64,000 nucleotides of DNA from an uncultured delta proteobacterium (GTDB taxonomy: Bacteria; Myxococcota; Myxococcia; Myxococcales; Anaeromyxobacteraceae): assembly GCA_963828255.1 (NCBI GenBank), contig CAWHDZ010000023.1:1-64000 (forward strand), read 5' to 3'. The notes beneath the pieces are model-generated. The model was not told where the DNA came from, ran no database searches, and worked only from the letters and a program-made list of their open reading frames with translations. Position numbers and translations under genes: made by a program. Of the stretch, positions 31,468 to 41,342 are shown one piece after another (positions within the stretch are counted from its first letter, which is position 1; each line of letters opens with the position of its first letter).

Positions 31468-32289
31468 ATGACCCTCTCGACCCTGCTTGCAGCCCTCGCC
31501 CTCGCCGCCGACCCGGTGGCCTTCGTCGCCGTCGCCCCCGGCTATCCCGGAACGACCACCGAGGCCCAGGCGTCCATGGACGCCTTCGCGGTGGCGCTGG
31601 CCGCCCAGTCGGGGCTGCCGGCGGGGTCGATCACCGCCGCCTACTTCGAGAAGGACCGCGCGGGAGCGGAGCGGTTGCAGAAGCCAGACGCGGCGCTGGG
31701 CATGGTCTCTCTCCCGTTCTTCCTGAAGGAAGGGGAGGCGCTGCACCTCGAGCCCCGGCTCGCCGCCGCCCAGAAGGGGACCGGGGCGACCGAGGTCTGG
31801 GCGCTGGTTGCGAAGAAGGGGCGGGTGACCGGTCCGGCCTCGCTCGACGGCTGGCAGGTCAGCTCCGTCGCGGGCTACGCCCCGGCCTTCGTCACCGCCA
31901 CGGCCCTGGCCGGGTGGGGGCGGATGCCACCGAGCGTCAAGGTCGTGCAGTCGGGACAGGTGCTCTCGTCCCTCCGCAAGGCGGTCGCCGGCGAGAACGT
32001 CGCGGTCCTCCTCGACGGCGCACAGGCGGCGGCCCTGCCAACGCTCCCCTTCGCCGCCGAGCTCGAGGTGGTGGCCCGGTCCGCGCCGCTGCCCACCGGA
32101 GTTGTGGTGACGGTGTCGAAGCGGCTCACGCCCGATCGCTGGAAGGCGCTGGAGAAGGGGCTGCGGCAGCTGGGAGATCGCCCGGAGGGAGCGGCCGCTC
32201 TGGAGGCCATCCGGCTGCAGGGATTCGTGCCGCTCGACACCGCTCCCCTGGCCGCCGCTCGCAAGGCGTACGCGGCCGCGGCGAAGTGA
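31468..32289 (+). CDS. PhnD/SsuA-like periplasmic substrate-binding protein
   Basis: Signal peptide, alpha/beta pattern, LEVVARSAPLPTGVVV..EGAAALEAIRLQGF typical of PhnD-like C-termini. Confidence 0.65.
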   Translation: MTLSTLLAALALAADPVAFVAVAPGYPGTTTEAQASMDAFAVALAAQSGLPAGSITAAYFEKDRAGAERLQKPDAALGMVSLPFFLKEGEALHLEPRLAAAQKGTGATEVWALVAKKGRVTGPASLDGWQVSSVAGYAPAFVTATALAGWGRMPPSVKVVQSGQVLSSLRKAVAGENVAVLLDGAQAAALPTLPFAAELEVVARSAPLPTGVVVTVSKRLTPDRWKALEKGLRQLGDRPEGAAALEAIRLQGFVPLDTAPLAAARKAYAAAAK

Positions 32290-33080
32290 TCCGCGCCGCC
32301 CGCATTGGCTGGCTCGCCGTCCTGCTCGGGGCCGGTTGCGCCTCGGCGCTGAAGGAGCCGCCGCCCATCGCGACCCTGCAACGGGAGCCGACCGGGACCG
32401 TCCCGGCGAACGCCCTGCTCCAGGAGGCGGCCGAGGAGTACGCGAAGCGCCCCGACCCGGCCGCGGTCCGGCGCGCGGAGGGGCTCTGCCTCGCCGCCGC
32501 GCAGGCCGACGAATCGATGGCCACGGGGCTGGTGTGCGCCATCCAGGCCAAGTCCTGGCTCGCCGACCGGGAGCGGGACGTGAAGGTCCGCACCGACCTC
32601 GCGGTGAGCGCCGTCCAGGCGGGGCAGTGGTGCCTGCGGCGCGAGCCCACCTCCGTCTCCTGCAAGTTCTGGCTGGCCGTCGCCCTCGGGCTGCAGGCCA
32701 GGGACCGGCCGACCACGGTGGAGGACGGTCTCAAGCGGATGGTCCAGCTCCTGCGGGAGGCGGCCATCGAGGCGCCGCTCTTCGAGGAGGCCGGGCCGGA
32801 GCGGGTGCTGGCGATCCTGCTCGTCCGGGCTCCGGGGTGGCCCATCGGCCCGGGGGACGACGAGGAGGCGCTGGTCCACGCCCGCAAGGCCGTCGAGCTG
32901 CGCCCCGGGTACCCCCCGAACCAGCTGGCGCTCGGCCAGGTGCTTCTCAAGAACGGTCAGAAGGCACAGGGGCGGGCGGCGCTGCTCCGCGCCGTGGAGC
33001 TCGCCGGTGGGCCCCCGTGGTCGGGCGATCCCGACGTGGCGACCTGGGTGGCGGACGCGCAGGCCCTGCTCTCCCGGTGA
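32286..33080 (+). CDS. TPR lipoprotein (TatT-like)
   Basis: Lipobox LLGAGC; FWLAVALG, AGPERVLAILLVRAPGWPIGPGD, ARKAVELRP. Confidence 0.7.
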   Translation: MIRAARIGWLAVLLGAGCASALKEPPPIATLQREPTGTVPANALLQEAAEEYAKRPDPAAVRRAEGLCLAAAQADESMATGLVCAIQAKSWLADRERDVKVRTDLAVSAVQAGQWCLRREPTSVSCKFWLAVALGLQARDRPTTVEDGLKRMVQLLREAAIEAPLFEEAGPERVLAILLVRAPGWPIGPGDDEEALVHARKAVELRPGYPPNQLALGQVLLKNGQKAQGRAALLRAVELAGGPPWSGDPDVATWVADAQALLSR

Positions 33081-33091
33081 AGGCGGAAGAC

Positions 33092-35302
33092 ATGTCGACG
33101 AGCCAGACCCACACCACCTTCTGCCGGATCTGCGAGTCGCTCTGCGGGCTCGAGGTCGAGGTCGACCAGGGACGGGTGGTGAAGATCCGCGCCGACGACG
33201 CGCACGTCGCCACCCGCGGCTTCTCCTGCCCGAAGGGGCTGCGCCAGCAGGAGATCTACTCCTCGCCGGACCGGCTGCTGGCTCCCGAGAAGCGCACCGG
33301 GGATGGATGGGAGCGGGTGGGCTGGGATCGCGCGCTCGGGGAGATCGGGGCCAAGGTCCGCTCCCTGCGGGCGGCGCACGGCCCGGACAGCATCGCCATG
33401 TACGTGGGGACGGCGGCCGGGTTCGGCGTGCTCCACCCGGTCTTCGCGCAGGGGTTCATGACCGGGATCGGCTCCCGCTCCATGTACTCGTCGTCCACGC
33501 AGGACTGCTCCAACAAGTTCGCCGTGGCCCGCGAGGTCTACGGCTTCCCCTTCACCCAGCCCTTCCCGGATCTGGAGCGGACCCGCTGCCTCGTCATCGT
33601 GGGGGCGAACCCGGTCATCTCGAAGTGGAGCTTCCTCCAGGTCCCCAACCCGGCCCGGGCCCTCCAGGCCATCGAGGAGCGGGGCGGGCGGGTCTTCGTG
33701 GTGGATCCGCGCCGGACCGAGACGGCGCGGGCAGCCGGTGAGCACGTCTTCATCCGCCCCGACACCGACGTCTTCTTCTACCTCTCCTTTCTGCGGGAGC
33801 TGCTGGCCGCCGGCGTCGACGAGGGGCGGGTCGCGCGCTTCGCCCGGGGGCTCGACGCGGTGCGGGAGCTGTGCGCGCCCTGGAGCCCGGAGCGCACCGC
33901 CGAGGTCACCCGCATCCCTCCGGAGAAGCTGCGGGAGATGGTGGCGGCCTTCCGGTCGGCCGACGGCGCGGCGCTCTACTCCTCGACCGGCGTCAACATG
34001 GGGTCGAACGGGTCGCTGGCCTTCTGGCTTCAGGAGGTGGCGAACTGCGTCTCGGGCAACCTCGACCGGCCCGGCGGCACGCTGGTGGGCAACGGGGTCA
34101 TCGACTTCGCCGCGTTCGGGAAGAGGACCGGGACCTTGCTGCGGACCGATCGCTCCCGGATCGGCGATTTCCTCTCCGTGAACGATGCCTTTCCCGGAGG
34201 CGTCCTGGCCGACGAGATCCTCACCCCCGGCGACCGGCAGGTCCGGGCCCTCTTCGTCACCGGGGGCAACCCGCTCATCACCATGGCCAACGCCGGGAGG
34301 CTGCGCGACGCCTTCCGGAAGCTCGAGCTCCTCGTCACCCTCGACCTCTTCAAGAACGAGACCGGGTCGATCGCCCACTACGTGCTCCCCTGCACCTCCC
34401 CGCTGGAGCGCCCCGACCTGCCCTTCATCTTCCCGCTCATGCTCGGGCTTCAGGAGAGGCCGTATCTCCAGGCCACCGATGCGCTGCTGGCGCCGCCGGG
34501 CGACGTCCGGGACGAGGCCTCCATCTACCTGGACCTCTGCCGGGAGAGCGGCGTCTCGCTCTTCGGGTCCCGCGTCGCGCAGGGGGTCCTGCAGGCCATG
34601 AAGCGGCTCTCGCCTCGCCCCGGGACGCAGCCGGCCCTCCCGCAGAAGCTCCTGCTCTCGGCGATCCTGCGGGCCACGAAGCAGGGTTCGTTCGGCGCGC
34701 TGCTCCGCGAGCGGCACGGGAGGCTCCGCGAGCCCAACCGGGGCGGGGATTTCCTGGGCGCGCGCGTGGTCACCGACGACCGGCTCGTGGACCTGGCCCC
34801 CGCGAGGCTCCTCGAGCAGGCGCGCAAGCTCGGCGACGACTTCGAGCGGGAGCGGGGGCGCCGCGACGTGCTCAAGCTCATCTCGCGGCGGGCCGTGACG
34901 ACGCACAACTCCTGGACCCACAACATCGCGCCCTTCGCGGCCCCGGGGACGAACCTGCTCTACGTCCACCCGGAGGACGCGGCCCGGATCGGGGTCGCCG
35001 ACGGAGCACTCGCCGACGTCTCCACCCGGGTGGCCACCGTGCGGCTCCCGGTCAAGTACCTCCCCGACCTCATGCCCGGCACCGTGGCGCTCCCCCATGG
35101 GTGGGGGCACCAGCACGCCGAGGGACTCTCCATCGCTTCCAGGACAACGGGCGTCAACGTGAACCTGCTCGCCGCGGACGGCCCCGACGGGATCGAGCGG
35201 ATGAGCGGAATGGCGCACCTGACCGGATTTCCCGTGGAGGTGCGGCCGGCTGCGGGCCCGCTCGACCCCCGGAGCTGGTCCGGCATCCCCGCGCCCCGGT
35301 GA
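33092..35302 (+). CDS. Molybdopterin (bis-MGD) oxidoreductase, cytoplasmic
   Basis: CRICESLCG..CPKG 4Fe-4S motif, GANPVIS, VVDPRRTETA, C-terminal HPEDA..PHGWGH..GVNVNLL; no Tat signal. Confidence 0.93.
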   Translation: MSTSQTHTTFCRICESLCGLEVEVDQGRVVKIRADDAHVATRGFSCPKGLRQQEIYSSPDRLLAPEKRTGDGWERVGWDRALGEIGAKVRSLRAAHGPDSIAMYVGTAAGFGVLHPVFAQGFMTGIGSRSMYSSSTQDCSNKFAVAREVYGFPFTQPFPDLERTRCLVIVGANPVISKWSFLQVPNPARALQAIEERGGRVFVVDPRRTETARAAGEHVFIRPDTDVFFYLSFLRELLAAGVDEGRVARFARGLDAVRELCAPWSPERTAEVTRIPPEKLREMVAAFRSADGAALYSSTGVNMGSNGSLAFWLQEVANCVSGNLDRPGGTLVGNGVIDFAAFGKRTGTLLRTDRSRIGDFLSVNDAFPGGVLADEILTPGDRQVRALFVTGGNPLITMANAGRLRDAFRKLELLVTLDLFKNETGSIAHYVLPCTSPLERPDLPFIFPLMLGLQERPYLQATDALLAPPGDVRDEASIYLDLCRESGVSLFGSRVAQGVLQAMKRLSPRPGTQPALPQKLLLSAILRATKQGSFGALLRERHGRLREPNRGGDFLGARVVTDDRLVDLAPARLLEQARKLGDDFERERGRRDVLKLISRRAVTTHNSWTHNIAPFAAPGTNLLYVHPEDAARIGVADGALADVSTRVATVRLPVKYLPDLMPGTVALPHGWGHQHAEGLSIASRTTGVNVNLLAADGPDGIERMSGMAHLTGFPVEVRPAAGPLDPRSWSGIPAPR

Positions 35303-35483
35303 CTCCTGGATATCCCGCATACCCGACGGGGTCCTCCGGCATCCGTTTGTGACGCGGCGTGACATTGTGGGTGTGCGGCGCAAATTTGGAGGCGTTTCCC
35401 GGCATGTGGGATATACGGAGGGTTCAGATTCCCGCTCGAAGAGGCGGCCTGAAGCCGCTTTCCATGGGAAGGAGAGCCATCCG

Positions 35484-36491
35484 ATGAAGAGGATTCTTTG
35501 CGTTGTCGCGGCCGCGGCTGTCGGCCTCACTGCGGGTACGGTTCAGGCGCAGGGCTTCACGCCCGACCCGAAGATGAACTACCAGGTCCTGGCCTTGCGC
35601 GCCGTCGAGACCGGAAGACTGGAGGGGGTCGTGGCCTCGGTCGATCCGGCCAGCCGCAAGGTCGACATCAAGGGGCCGAGCGGCAGGGTTCGGACCATCA
35701 AGGCCGCCAAGAACATCCAGGGACTCGAGAAGATCAACGTCCAGGACGCGATCGTCGCCGAAACCTACCAGTCGGCCACGTTCCTGGTGGCGAAGAAGGG
35801 CGAGACCCTCATGGCGCCGGAGGTGGTGAGCGCCTTCCAGACTGCGTCCCGTCCCAATGAGGTCATCGAGGCCGGCGAGGTCATTGCCGAGGGGACCGCC
35901 ACGGTGGCCGCGATCGACAAGACCGCGCAGGTCATCACGTTCACCGGCCCCGCGGGTCGCAGCTTCCCGATCAGGGTGGAGAACCCCGTCCTGCTCAGCG
36001 GCATCTCGGTCGGCCAGACCGTCGACTACCGCCTCCTCGAGCAGGTCGCCTTCGACGTGAAGGTGACGCCGAAGCCGGCCCCGGCGCCGCCCCCGCCGCC
36101 GCCCGCGCACGCCAAGGTCGAGGGCAAGAAGATCGTCATCGACGACGTGATCTTCTTCGACACCAACAAGGACACCATCCAGGCCAAGTCCTACGACATC
36201 CTGACGGACGTGGCGACCATCATGAAGGCCAACCCGAACTTCAACGTCCGGGTCGAGGGGCACGCCTCCAAGGATCCGAAGTCGGCGGCCCGCGGCAAGG
36301 CCGGCGCCGACTTCAACCTGAGGCTCTCGGACCTCCGCGCCAAGGCCGTCAAGGCCTACCTGGTGGAGAAGGGCATCGCCCCCGAGCGGCTCGAGGCAGT
36401 GGGCTTCGGCTGGAACCAGCCCATCGCGCCGAACGACACGAAGGAGGGGCGCTACAAGAACCAGCGCGTCGACTTCGTGATCACGAACTAG
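35484..36491 (+). CDS. OmpA-family peptidoglycan-binding protein with duplicated N-terminal beta domain
   Basis: Signal peptide; IFFDTNK..VEGHA..NLRLSDLRAKAV..GFGWNQP..NQRVDF. Confidence 0.9.
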   Translation: MKRILCVVAAAAVGLTAGTVQAQGFTPDPKMNYQVLALRAVETGRLEGVVASVDPASRKVDIKGPSGRVRTIKAAKNIQGLEKINVQDAIVAETYQSATFLVAKKGETLMAPEVVSAFQTASRPNEVIEAGEVIAEGTATVAAIDKTAQVITFTGPAGRSFPIRVENPVLLSGISVGQTVDYRLLEQVAFDVKVTPKPAPAPPPPPPAHAKVEGKKIVIDDVIFFDTNKDTIQAKSYDILTDVATIMKANPNFNVRVEGHASKDPKSAARGKAGADFNLRLSDLRAKAVKAYLVEKGIAPERLEAVGFGWNQPIAPNDTKEGRYKNQRVDFVITN

Positions 36492-36605
36492 CAGGCTGTT
36501 GACGTGTGGAACCCGTCGGCCCTGGTCGACCCGTTCGCGGGTCTCGGCCGGGGCCGATGTGTTTCTGACCGCTCCTGCGTCCGGGCCGTCGCGCGGGCCG
36601 GATGC

Positions 36606-37634
36606 TCAGCGGCGGTAGGACCAGCCGACGGACACCGTGAGGCGGTAGTCGCTCCTCGACGCGGTCTCGTCGGGCGGTCGGGTGTCGAAGGTGTACATGA
36701 GGTTCATCCCCACGTTGAAGTCCGAGAAGACCTCGTACTTCACCCTGCCGGTTGCCGTTCCGCGTACGCGCCCGAGGTCGTTCAGGACCGGCAGGATGGA
36801 CAGCTCGATCTCGGTGTCGAGCTCGGGGCTGGCGTAGCGGAAGGCCCGCCAGGTGGCGTCGAAGTAGCCGGCGACGGCGACGTCCGAGTCGACCCCCGAA
36901 TACTGCTCCCATGCCACGGTGAGCCCCGCGGCCAGCCAGAGCTCCATGAAGCTGTTCCGGATCGCCGCGTAGGCCATGTCGGCGCCGGTGGAAAGTCGCA
37001 AGTTGAGGCCGAGCTCGGCGTTCTGGTCGAGACCGCCGAGCAGGCTGACCCGCCAGGGCTTGAAGTAGTAGCTCCCGGTGAGCGCCAGCGAGTTGTCGGT
37101 GGTCGCCGCCACCTGCTCGCTGCCCTGGACGTAGGTGGTGAAGGTCGCGGACGTCCCGAACATCTCCCCCCGGTAATCGAAACCGCCGCCTGCCGAGAGG
37201 GTCAGGGCCTTGTTCGCCTTGGCGAGGGAGAAGCCCAGATCCGCGTTGGCGCGAACCCGGTTCCAGAACCCGGCGTCGACGGGCGTGATTGACACGACCT
37301 CGCTCAGGCGCACGGACCGGGTCCCGACCAGGAGCTCGCCGTCCCCGCCGGCGTAGAGCGGGCCGAAGTAGGTGGTTCCGGACGAGAACTCGACCGCGAA
37401 CGCGTACGTGCTCTCGATCTGCGTCACCCGAAGCCACTCGATGGAGACCCTTCCCATGTCGTCGGTGCGGAGGCCCAGGCGGCCGAGCGACATCTGGAGG
37501 ATCTCGCCCGGGACGCGGAGGCCGCCGCGGAGCGTGACGACGTCGGTTCGTTCGCGGGCCTCGGCCCGCGAGGCCAGCAGGAGCAGCCCCAGACAGGCCA
37601 CCCCGATCGGGACGGTGATTGCTCTGCGTGACAT
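36606..37634 (-). CDS. DUF481-like outer-membrane beta-barrel
   Basis: Signal peptide, DVVTLRGG..TDDMGRVSIEW N-domain, amphipathic strands, C-terminal VGWSY. Confidence 0.75.
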   Translation of the reverse strand: MSRRAITVPIGVACLGLLLLASRAEARERTDVVTLRGGLRVPGEILQMSLGRLGLRTDDMGRVSIEWLRVTQIESTYAFAVEFSSGTTYFGPLYAGGDGELLVGTRSVRLSEVVSITPVDAGFWNRVRANADLGFSLAKANKALTLSAGGGFDYRGEMFGTSATFTTYVQGSEQVAATTDNSLALTGSYYFKPWRVSLLGGLDQNAELGLNLRLSTGADMAYAAIRNSFMELWLAAGLTVAWEQYSGVDSDVAVAGYFDATWRAFRYASPELDTEIELSILPVLNDLGRVRGTATGRVKYEVFSDFNVGMNLMYTFDTRPPDETASRSDYRLTVSVGWSYRR

Positions 37635-37732
37635 GGCGGGAAGGCACACTAGCAGCGGGGCACCCCCAGATCCAATGGCGCCAACGTACGGTTGCACGGT
37701 AAGATTCGTGGCTCGAAAAGGGAGGAATACAC

Positions 37733-38110
37733 GTGTCCAATTTCTGGGATCTGGTCTGGCTCATCTTCTCGTCGTTCATCTTCATCTCGTACCTCATCAT
37801 CCTCTTCCAGATCGTGGTCGACCTCTTCCGCGACCCGGATCTCGGAGGGGGGTCGAGGGCCATCTGGATCATCGGGCTCATCTTCCTGCCCGTCTTCACG
37901 GCCATCGTGTACGTGCTCAGCCGCGGGAGGAGCATGTCGGAGCGGCAGCGCGCCAGCGTGCAGAAGGCCCGGTCGGAGACGGAGAACTACATCCGGGAGG
38001 TGGCCGGAAAGTCGCCGGCGGACCAGATCGCGACCGCCAAGTCACTGCTCGACGCCGGGACCATCACCCAGGATGAGTACGCGAAGCTGAAGGCCAAGGC
38101 GCTCGCCTAG
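37733..38110 (+). CDS. Membrane protein with PLDc_N-like TMs and SHOCT domain
   Basis: DLFRD..W..LP..YV; C-terminal LLDAGTITQDEYAKLKAKALA; SD GGAGG. Confidence 0.85.
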   Translation: MSNFWDLVWLIFSSFIFISYLIILFQIVVDLFRDPDLGGGSRAIWIIGLIFLPVFTAIVYVLSRGRSMSERQRASVQKARSETENYIREVAGKSPADQIATAKSLLDAGTITQDEYAKLKAKALA

Positions 38111-38123
38111 GGAGGATGGCGGG

Positions 38124-39595
38124 ATGACGGCCGGGCTGGTTCGGTGGTCGAAGCGCGCGGGGATCCTGGCGGTCGTCGTCGTCGTCACCCTCTTCGTTGG
38201 GCGCGTCGTCGAGACGCAGCGCGGGCCGCCGCTCCGCGTGTGGCACACCTACGTGCCGGAGGAGCTGACCGTCGACGAGATGGAGCGGAGCGACTGGGCC
38301 GGGTACGTCAAGGCCGAGGCGGCCCTCTTCGAACGCCTCGGCGCCGAGTTGAAGAGCGGCCTCGAGGAGGAGGACCGGATCCCGGGCAACCGCTACTTTT
38401 ACGGGAGCCCCATCTACCCGCCCCGGTTCCAGCAGGACTGGAACCGGTCCTACGTGCTCGAACCCGACGGTCCGCCCCTCGGCGCGGTCGTCTTCCTGCA
38501 CGGGCTCACCGACTCGCCCTACAGCCTGCGTCACATCGCCCGGCTGTATCGTGCGGCGGGCTGGGTCTCGATCGCCCCCCGCCTCCCGGCCCACGGCACC
38601 GTTCCCGCCGCGCTGTCCACGGTGGAATGGGAGGAGTGGCACGCGGCGACCCGGCTCGCCGTCCGGGAGGCCCGGAGACGTGCCGGCCCCTCGACCCCGC
38701 TGCACATCGTGGGGTTCTCGAACGGGGGTGCGCTGGCGATGATGTACGCGCTCGACGCGCTCGGGGACAAGGCCCTGCCGCGGCCGGATCGCCTGGTCCT
38801 CATCTCCCCCATGATCGGCGTGACCAGCTTCGCCCGCTTCGCCGGGGTGGCCGGGATGCCCGCCATGCTGCCGCGCTTCGCCAAGGCGGCCTGGCTCTCC
38901 AACATGCCGGAGTTCAACCCGTTCAAGTACAACTCGTTCCCGGTGAACGGCGCAACCCAGTCCCACCGGCTGACGCAGGTGCTCCAGGGCCGGATCGCCC
39001 GCTACGAGCGCGAGGGGCGTCTCGAGGAGATCGCCCCATCCTCACCTTCCAGTCGGTCCTCGACTACACCGTCCACACCAGGGCCATCATCGAGGCGCTC
39101 TACGCCCACCTGCCCAGGAACGGGAGCGAGCTCGTCCTCTTCGACCTCAACCGGGCGGCGCTGTTCAGCCCGTTGCTCCGGAGCTCGATGGAAACACTCG
39201 TGGAGCGCATGCTCCCAGATCCGCCGCGGAATTACCGGACCACCATCATCACGAACGGCCCGGAAGACCGGGAGGAGGTCGCGCGGGTCATCGAGGCCGG
39301 CCAGACCACCGCGACCGTCCGGCCGCTCGGGCTCTACTACCCCCAGGACGTCTTCTCCCTCTCGCACGTGGCCTTGCCGTTCCCGCCCGGCGACGCGCTC
39401 TACGGGCTCCAGCCCGACGGGACGGAGGACTACGGGATCGCGCTCGGCGCCATGGCGGGCCGCGGGGAGCGCGGGGCCCTCGTCGTGAGCCTGGACGCCT
39501 TGCTGCGGGTGTCGTCGAACCCGTTCTTCGCCTACGTCATCGAGCGCATCGACGAGGGAATCGCCCCGCGGCGACCGGACTCCGCGGCGCGGTGA
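38124..39595 (+). pseudogene. Alpha/beta hydrolase, frameshifted near 39035 (probable sequencing error)
   Basis: HGLTDSPYS, GFSNGG nucleophile elbow; reading continues in another frame (PILTFQSVLD..SLSHVALP) after the C4 run at 39034-39037. Confidence 0.85.
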
Positions 39596-39626
39596 TCTGG
39601 CTCGGATCTCGCCCGGGCGCGGCGGT

Positions 39627-41342
39627 TCACTTCGCCTCGCCGGACGGGGTCTGCCCGAGCCAGGCGTGGGCCGCGGCGGCGGCCTGGTTCACCGATGCGC
39701 CGAGCTGCTCGGTGGCGAGGAAGACGTTCTCCTCGCCGATGATCTGGAGGGTGCCGGTCCGGGCCAGCTGTTCCCGGGCGGCGGGATCGATGCCGACCAG
39801 CATGAGCCTGCCCCCGCGCCCCTGCAGGGCCCGGGCGTAGCGCTGCAGGACGGCGATGAACGTGCTCCCTAGGTCGGTCTTCCCGCGAAGGGCCAGGGCC
39901 ACGACGGCGCGTGAGGAGCCCTCCACGGAAGGCAGCAGGTCCCCGACGTTCTTCGCGGCGGCGAAGAAGAGGCTGCCGTTGACGATCAGAACGGTCAACT
40001 GGTTGCTGGGAGCCTGGCGCGGAGCGGGCCGGATCTCGGGCATCCCTCCGGGAACGAGCACGATCTCGCTGACCTCGGCCCGCTTCGACTCGCGGGTGAC
40101 GTGAAGGAGCATGGTGACGGCCACCCCGAGGAGCACCGCGAAGTGCAGGGGCAGGAAGAGGGTGGCGAGGAACGTGACCGACATCGCCGCAGCGGGCGCC
40201 CACCCCGTCTTCCACGCCGTCAGGGCCGGCTCGATCCGCAGTCCCTGGAAGCCGGCCACGATGAGGAGCGCCGCCAGGGCGGGCATGGGAACCATCTCGG
40301 CCAGCGGGGCGGCCAGGAGCACGATGACGGCGACTGCGATGCCACCGAAGACGTTGGTCCAGCGGGACCGGGCGCCGGCGCCGAGGATGAGGGCGGTGCC
40401 GGAGATGGATCCGCCCGCCGGGAGGCCGCCGACGAGCCCGGTGGCGATGTTGGCGGCTCCCTGGCCGAGGAAGTCGCGCGAGACGTCCGGGAACCGTCCA
40501 TCCGGGTTGATGTACGCCTGGCTGACCCCTGCGCCCTGGACGAGCCCGATGATGGCCACCGACAGGGCCGGGAGCAGCATGGTGAGGAGCATCGCGGGCT
40601 CGGGCAGGGAGAGCTCAGGGAGGCTGCGCGGGATGCTCGAGACGTCGCGCACGATCCGGACGGCGCTCCAGCCCTGCCCGGGGTCGAGGGCCGGGAGCGA
40701 GAGCAAGGCCAGGAGGCCGGTGGCGAGCGCGATGGCGAGGACGAAGGCGAACTTGCTCAACCGGGATCGCAGCAGGAGGACGATCGCGCCCAGGGCCAAC
40801 CCGCCGATGACGGTGGTCCGGACGTCGACCCGGTGGAGGCGCAGAAGGAGGTCGAGGGCGCGGGCCACGGCGTTGGGGAACGCGCTCCGGTAACCGGTCA
40901 GCTCCCCGAGCTGGCCCAGGATGATGAGCACCGCCACGCCGTTCAGGAACCCGGTCATGACCGGGTCGGAGACGAAGCGCAGGATCGAGCCGGTCTTGAG
41001 CACGCCGGCGAGCAACTGGATCACGCCGACCAGGAGGACGAGCGCCGCCAATGCCGCGAGGCGATCGCCGGGGGCGATGTCCGCAAGCTCCGCTCCCGCC
41101 GCCACCGCCGTCGCCGCGGTGGTGGAGACGTTCATGAACACCGAGCCGGTGGTCACCGCGGCCACCGGGACCGCGACCATCAGGGTGAAGATGCCCATCA
41201 CTGGGTTCACGGTGGCGAGGAGGGCATGGCCCATGGCCTGCGGCACCGCGACGACCGCGAAGGTGAGGCCGGCCACCAGGTCCGCCTTCAGATCCGCTCG
41301 GGCGGGGGCGAGCGACTGGACCTTCCGGAGGAACGAGGGCAT
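39627..41342 (-). CDS. SulP-family anion transporter with STAS domain
   Basis: DLVAGLTFAVVAVPQAM, PVMTGFLNG, GQGAANI, GSLFFAAA. Confidence 0.93.
   Translation of the reverse strand: MPSFLRKVQSLAPARADLKADLVAGLTFAVVAVPQAMGHALLATVNPVMGIFTLMVAVPVAAVTTGSVFMNVSTTAATAVAAGAELADIAPGDRLAALAALVLLVGVIQLLAGVLKTGSILRFVSDPVMTGFLNGVAVLIILGQLGELTGYRSAFPNAVARALDLLLRLHRVDVRTTVIGGLALGAIVLLLRSRLSKFAFVLAIALATGLLALLSLPALDPGQGWSAVRIVRDVSSIPRSLPELSLPEPAMLLTMLLPALSVAIIGLVQGAGVSQAYINPDGRFPDVSRDFLGQGAANIATGLVGGLPAGGSISGTALILGAGARSRWTNVFGGIAVAVIVLLAAPLAEMVPMPALAALLIVAGFQGLRIEPALTAWKTGWAPAAAMSVTFLATLFLPLHFAVLLGVAVTMLLHVTRESKRAEVSEIVLVPGGMPEIRPAPRQAPSNQLTVLIVNGSLFFAAAKNVGDLLPSVEGSSRAVVALALRGKTDLGSTFIAVLQRYARALQGRGGRLMLVGIDPAAREQLARTGTLQIIGEENVFLATEQLGASVNQAAAAAHAWLGQTPSGEAK

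Noticed and set aside
32336..33091. N-terminal 250 aa of the 988-aa molybdoenzyme ORF
   Set aside because: Off-frame overlap with the TPR lipoprotein; the real start is ATG 33092 just before the Cys motif.
33092..35302. Molybdoenzyme as the selenoprotein client of selC
   Set aside because: No in-frame TGA and no formate dehydrogenase Sec/Cys-His motif.
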